This document shows, one piece after another, positions 1 through 9,908 of a DNA stretch of 24,978 nucleotides. A program made the translations under genes and the position numbers. The stretch spans positions 22,130 to 47,107 of the forward strand of contig JBEPZZ010000011.1 of the NCBI GenBank assembly GCA_041640575.1, given 5' to 3'. The notes under the pieces were generated by a model. The model worked only from the letters and a program-made list of their open reading frames with translations. It was not told the origin of the DNA and ran no database searches. This stretch comes from Pseudothermotoga sp. (lineage in GTDB: Bacteria > Thermotogota > Thermotogae > Thermotogales > DSM-5069). Every line of letters starts with the position of its first letter. Within the stretch, counting starts at the first letter, position 1.

Positions 1-432
1 TGCGCAGGTTTCAAGGTTTATATTGGACAATTTATCAAAGGAATGAAATACAGTGAGCTGGATATAGTAAAACATTTTTCAAACATTCATCTTGAACAAT
101 TTGGAAGAGGGTGCTTTATTGTACAAAAACCAGATGAAATTGATATAAAACTAGCAAAAGAAGGTCTTAGAAAAATTGAGGAAAAATTAACAAGCGGCGA
201 ATATGATTTGGTTATACTGGATGAAGCGAACGTAGCCATATATTTCAAGTTGTTCAGTGTCGAAGAACTCATAGAAGTTTTAGATAAACGACACGAAAAA
301 ACAGAGGTTGTTGTTACAGGAAGATACGCACCAAATCAGCTGATTAAGTATGCTGATCTTGTGACTGAAATGGTAGAAGTCAAACATTACTACACCAAAG
401 GAGTTCCGGCGCGAAAGGGAATTGAATTTTGA
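1..432 (+). CDS. cobO: cob(I)yrinic acid a,c-diamide / cob(I)alamin adenosyltransferase (CobO/BtuR family), 5'-truncated by the window edge
   Basis: Frame is open from base 1 (CAGFKVYIGQFIKG...). Family motifs QFIKG, YDLVILDE, EVVVTGR, ADLVTEM..VKHYY..GVPARKGIEF. Confidence 0.92.
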   Translation, partial: CAGFKVYIGQFIKGMKYSELDIVKHFSNIHLEQFGRGCFIVQKPDEIDIKLAKEGLRKIEEKLTSGEYDLVILDEANVAIYFKLFSVEELIEVLDKRHEKTEVVVTGRYAPNQLIKYADLVTEMVEVKHYYTKGVPARKGIEF

Positions 433-765
433 CTTTTGAAAAGATCTAAAAGCTACTCTTTATGTGCCTTGAGAAGTGTAAGCCCGATATAGCTGGATTC
501 TTACACCTCACACTTGTTATTTGGTTGAATTCTTGCTAGATTGTTAATGGAGAAAACTAACTTGCGTTAACTTAAATTGAGCGCTGGTAAATTCTCATCT
601 TAAACATCCATTGAACGGATGCACATGTAGCTTATTGCAAAAAATTCATTGCTATTCCTGAACTTGCGAGTCTTGTTACTTTCTGCATGTTATTCAACAT
701 TTGTGTGATATTATTCAAAAAGTGGTATTCTTTGATCTTGTCAGTAGTTTGGAGGTGGCGATTCG

Positions 766-1626
766 ATGAAAAAATCTTTCATTGTCAAAGAATATATTAT
801 CGCTTCGTTTGGTGTAGTTTTGACAGCGGTTGGCGTTGTGGCTTTTTTGATACCTAACAATGTGGCTGCTGGTGGAGCAAGTGGTTTGGCAATGGTTCTG
901 AATAACTACCTGAAGCTCCCAGTCGGTGTTTGGATGTACATAATCAACGGATTTTTGTTCTTGCTGGCCCTTTTGACTGTTGGTTTCGATTTCAGCATAA
1001 AAACGATATATTGTACTTTCCTGGTGACTTTCATGGTTGACTTCTTCGATAGGTTAGTTCCTATCCCAAGATACTACGGTAACGACATGTTCATTGCCGT
1101 CTTTTTTGGTTCTGTTATTACGGCAGTCGGAATGGCTATAACTTTTACTCAAAATGCATCTACAGGTGGTACTGATATTGTCGCCAGAATTTTGAATAGG
1201 TTTTTTGCACTCCCCATGGGGACAACGCTTTTGGCCGTCGATTTAGTAATAGGTATCGCAGCTGGTTTAACCTTTGGTGCAAAAACTGGTATGTATGCAA
1301 TACTAGCAATCATAATGAATGGAATGATGATTGACTTCGTAATGAAAGGTATAGAAACCTCTACTCTTGTTATGGTAATTACCGAAAAAACTGATGAGAT
1401 TACAAGATTTGTGCTGCACGATCTCCAAAGGGGTGCAACCATTTTGCAAGGTAAAGGCGCATACACCGGCCAAGATCGAAAATTACTTATGATAGTATTG
1501 AAACGAAGAGAATTAGGTGAATTGATATCTTTTATCAGAAACACTGATAAAAGTGCTTTTATCATTGTAACTGAAACTAGGTATGCTTTTGGTGAAGGAT
1601 TTCAAAACATTCATAATGTTTTCTGA
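766..1626 (+). CDS. YitT family membrane protein (DUF161/DUF2179)
   Basis: PNNVAAGGASG, ASTGGTDIVA and RGATIL.GKGAYTG motifs, C-terminal D.SAFI....R...GEGF, and several TM segments. GGAGG RBS at 751-755. Confidence 0.9.
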   Translation: MKKSFIVKEYIIASFGVVLTAVGVVAFLIPNNVAAGGASGLAMVLNNYLKLPVGVWMYIINGFLFLLALLTVGFDFSIKTIYCTFLVTFMVDFFDRLVPIPRYYGNDMFIAVFFGSVITAVGMAITFTQNASTGGTDIVARILNRFFALPMGTTLLAVDLVIGIAAGLTFGAKTGMYAILAIIMNGMMIDFVMKGIETSTLVMVITEKTDEITRFVLHDLQRGATILQGKGAYTGQDRKLLMIVLKRRELGELISFIRNTDKSAFIIVTETRYAFGEGFQNIHNVF

Positions 1627-1638
1627 GGAGCGGGAGAA

Positions 1639-1842
1639 ATGCTGAAACTAATTTCAAATGTGTTATTTTTTGCTGGATCGGCTGTTTTACTCTTCGCAAT
1701 TCTAAGTTTTGAGTTAGGACTAAGGGCGATGAAAAACAAGGAAGAGAAAAAGATGAAAGATCATAACAGGCGCGGATGGAAAGCCGTCTTGATTTGTTGT
1801 GTCATGTATGGGTTGTCTCTTTTGACTGCTTTGCTGCTTTAA
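1639..1842 (+). CDS. small hypothetical membrane protein (2 TM helices with a basic loop)
   Basis: GAGGAG RBS right after the yitT stop. Two hydrophobic segments flank a K/R-rich loop. Confidence 0.65.
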   Translation: MLKLISNVLFFAGSAVLLFAILSFELGLRAMKNKEEKKMKDHNRRGWKAVLICCVMYGLSLLTALLL

Positions 1843-2842
1843 ATTCGTAAATTGTCTTCGATAGAAGTACTGTCCCGACAAAGATAACTGTGTAAAAAGT
1901 TAGAAGCCGCCATAAGAAAATAGTTGCACTGACCAATGCTGGGTTAGCCATGTTACGAAACATCATATAAAAAGCGGCTTCGATCCCTCCAGAAGAACCT
2001 GGAGTTGGGACGAAATAAATAACCATGGTCATTATCACGATTCCACTGAAAAATTCTAAATAGCTTGTCTTTATGGTCCCCAAACTTGTTGCAATGATAT
2101 ACGGTATAGTGTGAAACATAAAAATTTCAGATAGTGTCAAAAGAATGTTGATAAGCAACGTTACTTTAGATTTTCTCCAAAGTTGTCCCAGAAGATCGAA
2201 GTATTTTGAAACTGATTCGATGGATCTATCGAGTACTTGCTCTTTCTTTTTTCTTAGAAAAAGAGTAAGCAACTTTGTAATGAATTTTGACGTGAAAATA
2301 CGGTATGCCAGTTTTCTGTTTAAAATGAGAAAAAGGAAAAAGACGTAAATAGCTGTTGTAAGTATCATTCCAGCATATATTATGAGCAAAGATCCCCCAG
2401 CTAAAGCAAGCTTTTTACCTTTGAAAATTAAAAGGAAAAACGCCAGCAAAATCATCGTCGTAAAAGAAGTTATGAATTTGACTCCTACGACCATTGAAGC
2501 AGACTCTAAAGGTACTCCCATTTTGAAAAGATGATATATTTGAAAAGGTTGTCCGCCTGCTGAAAATGGTGTTATTGCACTAGTGTATAAACCAAGAAGT
2601 GTATTTTCCAAGCATCGAAAGTACTTAACCTTGGAGTTTGAAGTCCTCAAAAACAATTTTGTTCTTGAAGCATCCACAAGAATTGAAAATGCAAACATTA
2701 AAATGGCAAGAAACAAGTGGTTCTTGTTTACCATATGAATTACGACCAAGATTTCTTTCCCGGCTGCAAAGAATGATATCAAAGCTGTTGCACCAAGGCT
2801 CAAAAGAACCGCAAGTAATATTCCACTGAAAATTCTCATCAC
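1802..2842 (-). CDS. UPF0104 / lysylphosphatidylglycerol synthase TM (flippase-like) domain protein
   Basis: ITPFSAGGQP, PTPGSSGGIE and LWRLLTFY motifs. Polytopic membrane protein. Confidence 0.88.
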   Translation of the reverse strand: MMRIFSGILLAVLLSLGATALISFFAAGKEILVVIHMVNKNHLFLAILMFAFSILVDASRTKLFLRTSNSKVKYFRCLENTLLGLYTSAITPFSAGGQPFQIYHLFKMGVPLESASMVVGVKFITSFTTMILLAFFLLIFKGKKLALAGGSLLIIYAGMILTTAIYVFFLFLILNRKLAYRIFTSKFITKLLTLFLRKKKEQVLDRSIESVSKYFDLLGQLWRKSKVTLLINILLTLSEIFMFHTIPYIIATSLGTIKTSYLEFFSGIVIMTMVIYFVPTPGSSGGIEAAFYMMFRNMANPALVSATIFLWRLLTFYTVIFVGTVLLSKTIYEFKAAKQSKETTHT

Positions 2843-2866
2843 TCCCTGTCTAATTTATCATAAACA

Positions 2867-2895
2867 TTCACTTTCTTGAAACAGCGTGATAGAAT
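2867..2895 (+). promoter_or_regulatory. putative sigma70 promoter of mreB (extended -10)
   Basis: TTCACT (2867-2872), 17 bp spacer, TAGAAT (2890-2895) preceded by TGn. Confidence 0.45.
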
Positions 2896-2933
2896 TGATT
2901 TGGCTTTGATATTGTCGGGTGGAGGTTGATCTC

Positions 2934-3947
2934 ATGAATTTCAGAAGAGATTTGGGAATAGATTTGGGAACGGCAAATACTCTTGTTTACGTTCGAGGAA
3001 AAGGTATAGTGATAAACGAACCTTCTGTTGTCGCAATAAACTCTGACACCGGAGAGATTCTAAAGGTCGGTATTGAAGCAAAGCTAATGCTTGGTAAGAC
3101 ACCAGCTTCGATCACTGCAATAAGGCCTCTCAGAGATGGAGTAATAGCTGATTACGATGTTGCATTGGCTATGTTGAAATACTTCATAGGTAAGACACAT
3201 CCATCCTTCTCATTTTTGAGGCCACGTGTTGTAATAGGTGTACCAATCGGTATCACAGATGTTGAAAGAAGAGCAATCTTAGAAGCAGGTTTAGATGCGG
3301 GTGCCTCGAAGGTTTTCCTTATAGAAGAACCTATGGCAAGTGCCATTGGAATAGATCTTGATGTTGAGGAGCCAAATGGAAATATGATTGTTGATATAGG
3401 TGGAGGGACAACCGAAGTAGCGGTCATCTCATTGGGAAGCATAGTGGTATGGGAGTCTATTAGAATAGCCGGTGACGAAATGGATGAGGCAATAGTTCAA
3501 TATGTTCGAGAAACTTACAGAATATCAATAGGCGAAAGAACAGCTGAAAAAATAAAGATCGACGTTGGTAATGTCTTCCCGGATCCAGAGTATGATTCCC
3601 TTGAGACAGTCGTAACGGGTATTGATTTGTCATCCGGCCTGCCACGAAAAATTAATCTCAGGGGTGGAGAGACTAGAGAAGCACTGATGGCACCAGTTTC
3701 GGCCATTTTAGACAGTGTGAAATCAACTTTGGAAAGAACCCCACCAGAATTAGCTACGGATATCGTCGAACGTGGCATTGTTGCTGTTGGCGGAGGCTCA
3801 TTGCTGCGAGGTATCGATAGGTTGATAGAAAAAGAAACAGGAATAAGAGTGATAAGGGCAGAAGATCCTCTTACTTGCGTTGCAAAGGGTGCTGGCAAGG
3901 CTTTAGAAAAAATTGATGTTTTGAAAAAGCTCCAGCAGGTGGATTAA
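2934..3947 (+). CDS. mreB: rod shape-determining actin-like protein MreB
   Basis: [60 protein letters not shown] at 2934 follows GGAGG at 2921-2925. Confidence 0.97.
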   Translation: MNFRRDLGIDLGTANTLVYVRGKGIVINEPSVVAINSDTGEILKVGIEAKLMLGKTPASITAIRPLRDGVIADYDVALAMLKYFIGKTHPSFSFLRPRVVIGVPIGITDVERRAILEAGLDAGASKVFLIEEPMASAIGIDLDVEEPNGNMIVDIGGGTTEVAVISLGSIVVWESIRIAGDEMDEAIVQYVRETYRISIGERTAEKIKIDVGNVFPDPEYDSLETVVTGIDLSSGLPRKINLRGGETREALMAPVSAILDSVKSTLERTPPELATDIVERGIVAVGGGSLLRGIDRLIEKETGIRVIRAEDPLTCVAKGAGKALEKIDVLKKLQQVD

Positions 3948-4607
3948 ATGTCGAAAAGTGAAGTAAGCAGGTTGTTGGCTTTGATCATCGTTTTCTGTAT
4001 CCTATTTACGCTGGATACGATATCGTCGTCTGTTATTGCAACTTATTTGAGTAAAATCTTCAAACCACTTGTGGATTTGTCGATCAAAAGCCGTATTGCT
4101 GCCACTAAAATAACTGAAGGGATAAAAATCGCTTATGGAAGAAATATCTTTGAGCATGTTCAACTAGATGGGGTACTTTCTTTGACAAAAGCAAATGTTT
4201 TAGGGGTAAGAGATAATTATCTGATAGTTGCCGCTCCTTCGAAACCCGGAGATGTTGCAATTGATCCAGAATCAAAGAAAATAGTCGGAATCACGAAGGA
4301 ATCTAACGGACAAATTAGCTGGGTAGAAAGCATTTTCTCGCCGAATATTCCTATACCTGTCTTGGTCCGCTCGAAAGAAGTCTCCTTGGACGGAGAACTG
4401 ATAGAAGGTTCTAAATTGAGAATATACGAGGAAATCGATGTAACTGGTTTCGAGGTTTTGGTGTCGGATGCTTTTACCTGTGGAACAGCTTTGAAAAATC
4501 TTGGTTATGGATATATAGGAACTGTTGAAGGTGCAAGAGGCAGATACTTCCTGGTTGACAACTTCTTCACGATTCCGGATTCTGTTCTTTTTCTTCCTGG
4601 CTACTGA
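3948..4607 (+). CDS. membrane-anchored protein, probable divergent MreC
   Basis: Starts directly after the mreB stop. N-terminal TM followed by a beta-rich region with the MreC-like pattern GDVAI....IVG......ISWV..I.SP...IPVLV. Confidence 0.6.
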   Translation: MSKSEVSRLLALIIVFCILFTLDTISSSVIATYLSKIFKPLVDLSIKSRIAATKITEGIKIAYGRNIFEHVQLDGVLSLTKANVLGVRDNYLIVAAPSKPGDVAIDPESKKIVGITKESNGQISWVESIFSPNIPIPVLVRSKEVSLDGELIEGSKLRIYEEIDVTGFEVLVSDAFTCGTALKNLGYGYIGTVEGARGRYFLVDNFFTIPDSVLFLPGY

Positions 4608-5418
4608 TAATTTTCTCCAGTGTTTTTGATAGTAATTCGGCATCTTCTTCATTGTAAGTTGCTTTTTCTTCAAGCTTTTTTAACACTTCGTAAGGATCCT
4701 CGTCGTTCGGTAAAACCACTTTTTCCTCAGTTTTGGAGAAGCCTTCCTTCAAAACCTCCTCAACCAATTTGTTTAGTTCGCTTTCCAGTTTCTCAAGATC
4801 CTCAAGGTCTTGTTTTGTAAAACTTTGTGAGGTTTTGGACGTATTTTGAACATCTTCAACTAGATGTCTGACCTCAACCATTTGTTTTTCAAGCTGCTCT
4901 TCAAGTGTAACTTCTCGGATTTCAGATGATTTTCTGGCTTTCAACTTTTTCAGAAGGAGCATTATTACAAGGGTTCCTGAGAAAGTTGCGATGAATATAC
5001 CAATCAAAAAGAATGGATGTACACCCTTTCTTTTCTGCGAAGTGGCAGACTCTGATGATATAACAGGTTGCGTTCTTGATCTAATCCATTTCAACCATTC
5101 CTCGGTTGTATCTTGTTGTTGATCTATTAACTGGAGTATCTTCGCTGCGACAGGATTTTGGTCTCGGTATGGTAATAGGTATGCCTTCGCCTTTTGATAA
5201 TCTTTTATTGCAAATGCGCAAATTCCCATTCTTAACTTGACCAATGAATCGAATGATTCAATCTTTGGGTCAAGCTGAACGGCTTTTTCAAACCATTGAA
5301 GAGCCTCTGCGTATCTTTCGTTGATATAAGCATTCATAGCAGATTGGTAGTATTCCAAACTACTTGGGAATACGACTACGGCTGTTAAAATAAGTGTTAC
5401 TACCAGAAGTCTTAACAT
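4567..5418 (-). CDS. TPR-containing membrane protein (signal peptide, TPR, TM, acidic coiled coil)
   Basis: Hydrophobic N-terminus, TPR-like YAEALQWFEKAVQLDP and GICAFAIKDYQKAKAYL, central TM FFLIGIFIATFSGTLVIMLLL, E/K-rich C-terminus. Confidence 0.75.
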   Translation of the reverse strand: MLRLLVVTLILTAVVVFPSSLEYYQSAMNAYINERYAEALQWFEKAVQLDPKIESFDSLVKLRMGICAFAIKDYQKAKAYLLPYRDQNPVAAKILQLIDQQQDTTEEWLKWIRSRTQPVISSESATSQKRKGVHPFFLIGIFIATFSGTLVIMLLLKKLKARKSSEIREVTLEEQLEKQMVEVRHLVEDVQNTSKTSQSFTKQDLEDLEKLESELNKLVEEVLKEGFSKTEEKVVLPNDEDPYEVLKKLEEKATYNEEDAELLSKTLEKIISSQEEKEQNPES

Positions 5419-5431
5419 TCCAATCGCCTCG

Positions 5432-7768
5432 TCAAGGCAGATTTAATAAATCGATACGATTATCAATCAGCACATACAGATTGTTTCCAACTAAAGCTGC
5501 CCCTCTAGCTTCCCCTTCCAATCTTTGGATCTCGCTTCTGAAAGACATGTTCTTAACATCATAAAACATGATTGTTGACTTGCCTAGTATGATTACCCAA
5601 TCTTTACTTGAGAAAATTCTTTCAGGGTTTATCCAACCTTCACCTACTATTTTATATGTCCTGTCAGATTTGTTATATAAAATCAAGGAATAAGCACGGG
5701 TACCAAGGAAAATGAAGTTTCCAAGTTCATAGAAACATGTCAGATCAATTGATCGTTCCTTTAAACCTATGTCAGATGCACGCATAACAAGTTGTACATT
5801 GTTGCCAGTTATTCTGTATACTTCAAGATTAGTCAACGCGAAAGGTTCATTCCCGTCTAAAAATTTGGCGTACTCGCCGTCAAATTGTTTGAGTAACTCC
5901 CATTTGTTATTCCATTTCAACAAATTTATTTTGTCAACTTTTGTCAAAGCGTACATACCTGTTTCGCTAATCAAAATATCTAAGCAACGTTCGGGTTGGT
6001 ATATCAGACCTAGTTCTTTAATGCTAGCTCCATCGTACAAAAATGCCTTTGAGCCACTTATGAAGCCTAGTTTTCCGCCTACGCTGTGAACGTATTTGAC
6101 CTCTCCAGTAAAAAATTTATTTTGACCTATATACAGCGCATTAGGTCGATGATAAACGACGCTAGAACCAATCTGATATAAGTTAAGTACATCACTTGCG
6201 CTGATTCTTTCTTTGATAGTTGCCAAAGACGCGTTTGTGTATTTTGTTGGTATGTTGACGACTTGACGTTCCTGTTGAGGTTGTGAAGTTTTTGTCGTTA
6301 TTTTCTCTGTAACCTGGGCTTGTGGTGATCTCTCAGGATAGCTATCACGCCGGTATTCTGTAATCTTTGGTATCTCATAGCGGAGAAAATCTTTTATTTT
6401 ACTTTGAAATTGAGGAGAAAGATAGCAATCAAAGAATGAGCCAGGTACAACAAAAAGCTCTACACCTTCTATTTGAACAGCCTCCTTGGTGACTATACCG
6501 TCACCACTGGCTAGTTCCGGATAGAACTTTTCAAGTAGAGTTCCAGAAAAATTGATTGACATCGGAGGGCGGTCTCCCATTACTGTAAGATAACCTATTT
6601 CTTTTCTAGGTTTTTCGAGTAAATTAATCGCAACGCCACTTTGGATAATTTCTCTGTAAATTGGGCCAAGTGACTCAAGATAAAACAAAATATGGGTTTT
6701 TGCAGCATCAACTACAGACTTTTCTGTTCCAAAGTTTTTGGCCACCGTTTCGGAAGGTTTCTCATAGAAGAAAGACCCAAAGTAAACAGGATTGACTATG
6801 TTTGTTCCACCACTGGGTGTGCTCACCAAAACTATTTTCCTCACATTTTTGACTTGCGGATACTTTTCAACAGCAAGTCGAGCGATGATTCCGCCGATTC
6901 CATGTGCAACAATATCAAATTCCAGGTTGCTTAATCTTAACAATTCTGCTGCGAGCCGGCTTGCTTCGTAAAACAGATAACTGTTTATAGCGTTCATTCT
7001 TGAAAATGCGGTAAAACTGTCCATGTAAGCCTTCGATTTGGTCGCAACTATCGGATATTCGTAATACATCATCGTCCTATTTGGGAAAAGCTCTGCCCAA
7101 AAATTTATTTGCTGCGCGCTGCCTGGAGTAATAGAACCAAGAAAGTTTCTGTCTATATCGGGAATGAGTAGCAACACAGGTTCAATTGACTTTGCTTTTT
7201 CACTGATCAGTTGTAAACCTACCTTTTGCTTTTCTGGTACGTGGGCTATTAGTCCAATCATCGAAGTATGAAAAACTTGAGCTTCTATATAAGCACCAGC
7301 TTGATCCATCTGTACGTAAGCTCCTCCATATACCCTGTAAATCGGCTCTTTTGGGTTCGGTACATAAGCAATTGATACATTTGCATACTCATCACCTAAA
7401 TAAAGGTTTGATGGTAATCTGTACCGAATCGTGATAGGAGTCATTGCAAACTCGTTTATCCCATCGGAAGGAGCAACGTTGTAAACGTTGGAAACGAAAA
7501 TCGATGCCAAACTTGGGTTAAATTCACTGGACGAAATTCTCCTGATTTGGAAAGACCTCACTTTGTTATAGGCTCCATCAGGTACCACAATACTCAATTC
7601 TTGGCTGGCAGTAACTAAACTGTCTGCAAGCCTTTTTGGCTTTGTTAAACTTTTTATCAGAAATGAACCAAAAATAACAGATAAAACCACCCCAGTGGTT
7701 CCAAGAAGAATTAACAAAAGTAGTCTTTTCTTGAGAAAAGTTTTGAAAAATTCCAAGAGCCTATTCAT
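5432..7768 (-). CDS. large membrane-anchored multidomain protein with an alpha/beta-hydrolase-like (lipase/PGAP1-like) core, probably catalytically inactive
   Basis: N-terminal TM. DIVAHGIGGIIAR...VRKIVLVSTPSGGT...GDGIV matches the lipase-type fold pattern but has Gly at the nucleophile Ser position. Beta-rich C-terminal region. Confidence 0.7.
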   Translation of the reverse strand: MNRLLEFFKTFLKKRLLLLILLGTTGVVLSVIFGSFLIKSLTKPKRLADSLVTASQELSIVVPDGAYNKVRSFQIRRISSSEFNPSLASIFVSNVYNVAPSDGINEFAMTPITIRYRLPSNLYLGDEYANVSIAYVPNPKEPIYRVYGGAYVQMDQAGAYIEAQVFHTSMIGLIAHVPEKQKVGLQLISEKAKSIEPVLLLIPDIDRNFLGSITPGSAQQINFWAELFPNRTMMYYEYPIVATKSKAYMDSFTAFSRMNAINSYLFYEASRLAAELLRLSNLEFDIVAHGIGGIIARLAVEKYPQVKNVRKIVLVSTPSGGTNIVNPVYFGSFFYEKPSETVAKNFGTEKSVVDAAKTHILFYLESLGPIYREIIQSGVAINLLEKPRKEIGYLTVMGDRPPMSINFSGTLLEKFYPELASGDGIVTKEAVQIEGVELFVVPGSFFDCYLSPQFQSKIKDFLRYEIPKITEYRRDSYPERSPQAQVTEKITTKTSQPQQERQVVNIPTKYTNASLATIKERISASDVLNLYQIGSSVVYHRPNALYIGQNKFFTGEVKYVHSVGGKLGFISGSKAFLYDGASIKELGLIYQPERCLDILISETGMYALTKVDKINLLKWNNKWELLKQFDGEYAKFLDGNEPFALTNLEVYRITGNNVQLVMRASDIGLKERSIDLTCFYELGNFIFLGTRAYSLILYNKSDRTYKIVGEGWINPERIFSSKDWVIILGKSTIMFYDVKNMSFRSEIQRLEGEARGAALVGNNLYVLIDNRIDLLNLP

Positions 7769-8601
7769 GTTCTCACCATTTTGAATACATTTTCAGCAAG
7801 TGATATCGTTTCGTCCAAGCCTAGACGCTTGAAAATTGTTCGCATCTTTTCAAATAGATTATCGACAAGATTTTTTGTGTCTTGAATTCCTAAGATGCTG
7901 ACTACAGTGAGCTTTCCTAAATCTTTATCTCGACCGGTTGTTTTTCCAGCCTCAAGATCGCTCATTGTAGCATCCTTCAAATCATCTAGCATCTGGAACA
8001 ATATTCCAAAAAGCCTCCCGAATTTCTCTAACCTGTCTACTAAATGGTTTTGACCACTGATAATCGCACCAGCTGCAAAGCAATATCCAAATAGTGCCCC
8101 TGTCTTTTTTTCGTACATCTTCAATATTTCTGGGAATGTGCGTTTTGTGCCTGTGTACTCAACATCCAATGCTTCCCCAATTAATACGTCGTATGCTGCC
8201 CTAGAAAATCTTTCAAACAAAGGTATTCTGATTTCTTCAGCTGATAAATTTAATATGTGGAATGCTTTAAGCATTAGTCCGTCACCGGCTAGAATCGCTA
8301 TATCGTTGCCAAAAACAACATGGCATGAAGGTTTGCCTCTTCTCAAAGGTGAATCGTCAATCTGTGGGAGATCATCGTGAATTAGGGAGCCTGTATGAAA
8401 AAGCTCAACCGCGATGGCAGCAGGCCATGCGAGTTCAAGGTTACCTTGCAAGTCGTCACAAATGGTCTTAATAACTAAAGGTCTAAGTCTCTTGCCTGGT
8501 AACATAAGGCTGTAAGCCATCGCTGAGCTAGTCCTTGTGCTTTCAACGAAAATTTGAGAAAGCTTTTTATTGAGTTCTTCGAGAAAATTGTCGTTACTCA
8601 T
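7765..8601 (-). CDS. ispA: polyprenyl synthetase / geranyltranstransferase (IspA)
   Basis: GKRLRP, SLIHDDLP.IDDSPLRRGKP, AILAGD, KTGALF, FQMLDD, GKTTGRD. Start is either 8601 (overlapping the upstream stop) or 8619. Confidence 0.93.
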   Translation of the reverse strand: MSNDNFLEELNKKLSQIFVESTRTSSAMAYSLMLPGKRLRPLVIKTICDDLQGNLELAWPAAIAVELFHTGSLIHDDLPQIDDSPLRRGKPSCHVVFGNDIAILAGDGLMLKAFHILNLSAEEIRIPLFERFSRAAYDVLIGEALDVEYTGTKRTFPEILKMYEKKTGALFGYCFAAGAIISGQNHLVDRLEKFGRLFGILFQMLDDLKDATMSDLEAGKTTGRDKDLGKLTVVSILGIQDTKNLVDNLFEKMRTIFKRLGLDETISLAENVFKMVRT

Positions 8602-9145
8602 CTTCTTCGGATTCTTCATTTGGCTCGTCTTTAAGCATCTGTCTGAATTTTTCTATATCAAGATTCTCAACGAATTTTTTGAAATCCTCGTCCGATGTTT
8701 CTTCTGGAATATCTAGGTCAATCGCGTGTTCTTCGATTATTTCGTTACTGACATAAATTGGTATGCCCTTTTTCACAGCCAAAACTAATGAATCAGAAGG
8801 TCTAGCATCCATTTCTATTAGGGCTTGATCTGAACTTTCTTCTTCTTCAGAATCTGCAAAAGTTAGGTCTCTTATCACCAGTGTCGCATAATAAACGTTA
8901 TCTTTAACTGTGTGAATTATGGCTCTTTCTATTCTTGCATCGAGGGCATCAAGCACACTTAGTAACAGATCATGCGTAAGTGGTCTTGGCACTTCAATAC
9001 CTTCGAGGCTCAATGCTAATGCATTGGCTTCACATGCGCCTATCCATATTGGCACAACCTTCGACGTACCCTCAATGCCGAGTATTACAACTGGTGAATT
9101 GTGTACCTTATCGAGAACCAGGGCTTTTACCCAAGCTCTTCTCAT
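8594..9145 (-). CDS. bifunctional nuclease family protein (DUF151, TM0160-like)
   Basis: PIWIGACEA, PRPLTHDLL and DARPSDS..LA motifs, with an acidic tail ending FKKFVENL. Confidence 0.92.
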   Translation of the reverse strand: MRRAWVKALVLDKVHNSPVVILGIEGTSKVVPIWIGACEANALALSLEGIEVPRPLTHDLLLSVLDALDARIERAIIHTVKDNVYYATLVIRDLTFADSEEEESSDQALIEMDARPSDSLVLAVKKGIPIYVSNEIIEEHAIDLDIPEETSDEDFKKFVENLDIEKFRQMLKDEPNEESEEDE

Positions 9146-9905
9146 GACTTTTCACCCCCAACGTTTTGAGCTTATCAACCCCTTCTCTGACGATTTTTTC
9201 AACTTGTTGAGCCAAGTCTTCTTCATTTTGGAATTCAGATGATTCCAAAGGTGGATGGATGATCATCGAAACTGGTCCAGGGTTGAGGAAAAGGCTTTTC
9301 TTCGGTACTAAAAATATTGTACCCCAAATTGAGACAGGAAGAACTTTGGTTTTATTTCGAATTGCTAACTTAAAGATTGCGGGTTTAAATTTTCCAACAG
9401 TCCCATCTTTTGATCTTGTCCCCTCTGGAAAAACTAGCAAAGATTTTCCTGAACTAAGAATTTTATTCATTTGCCTAAGTACGGAGGCAGCCTGTGTTGG
9501 ATTCTCCCTGTTCAAGAATAATCCACCCATGTATTTGACAAACCAATTGACACCTGGGACCTTTGATAGTTCCTTCTTAGCAATCATCGGCATAGGACCT
9601 ATGTAACCAAGTATCAATGGAATATCCATCATGCTTTGATGATTTGGAACAACAAGATAATTTTCTGTCTCTTTCAAATTTTCTTGCCCGAAAACTGTTA
9701 CAGGCGAAAACATCCATCTAAAAGCGTTCTTACCAAAAATCTTGATTTGATTGTAAACAAACTTTCGAGCTTTCTCTCTTCCTTGAAAAAACCTTAGAAA
9801 CAGAGATATGAGAAGAACGATACTTCCATAAACAACTATGTAAACAGCCGCAGCGATAATGAACCAAACCGTAACAATAACTTTTTTCAAGTTCCTCACC
9901 ACCAA
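9108..9905 (-). CDS. plsC: 1-acyl-sn-glycerol-3-phosphate acyltransferase (PlsC family)
   Basis: NHQSMMD (HxxxxD), AKKEL, FPEGTRS motifs and an N-terminal TM. Confidence 0.92.
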   Translation of the reverse strand: MVVRNLKKVIVTVWFIIAAAVYIVVYGSIVLLISLFLRFFQGREKARKFVYNQIKIFGKNAFRWMFSPVTVFGQENLKETENYLVVPNHQSMMDIPLILGYIGPMPMIAKKELSKVPGVNWFVKYMGGLFLNRENPTQAASVLRQMNKILSSGKSLLVFPEGTRSKDGTVGKFKPAIFKLAIRNKTKVLPVSIWGTIFLVPKKSLFLNPGPVSMIIHPPLESSEFQNEEDLAQQVEKIVREGVDKLKTLGVKSHEKSLGKSPGSR

Positions 9906-9908
9906 AAT

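Noticed and set aside
547..570. 7-codon mini-ORF MEKTNLR as a leader peptide
   Set aside because: No RBS, no regulatory codon run and no evident attenuator.
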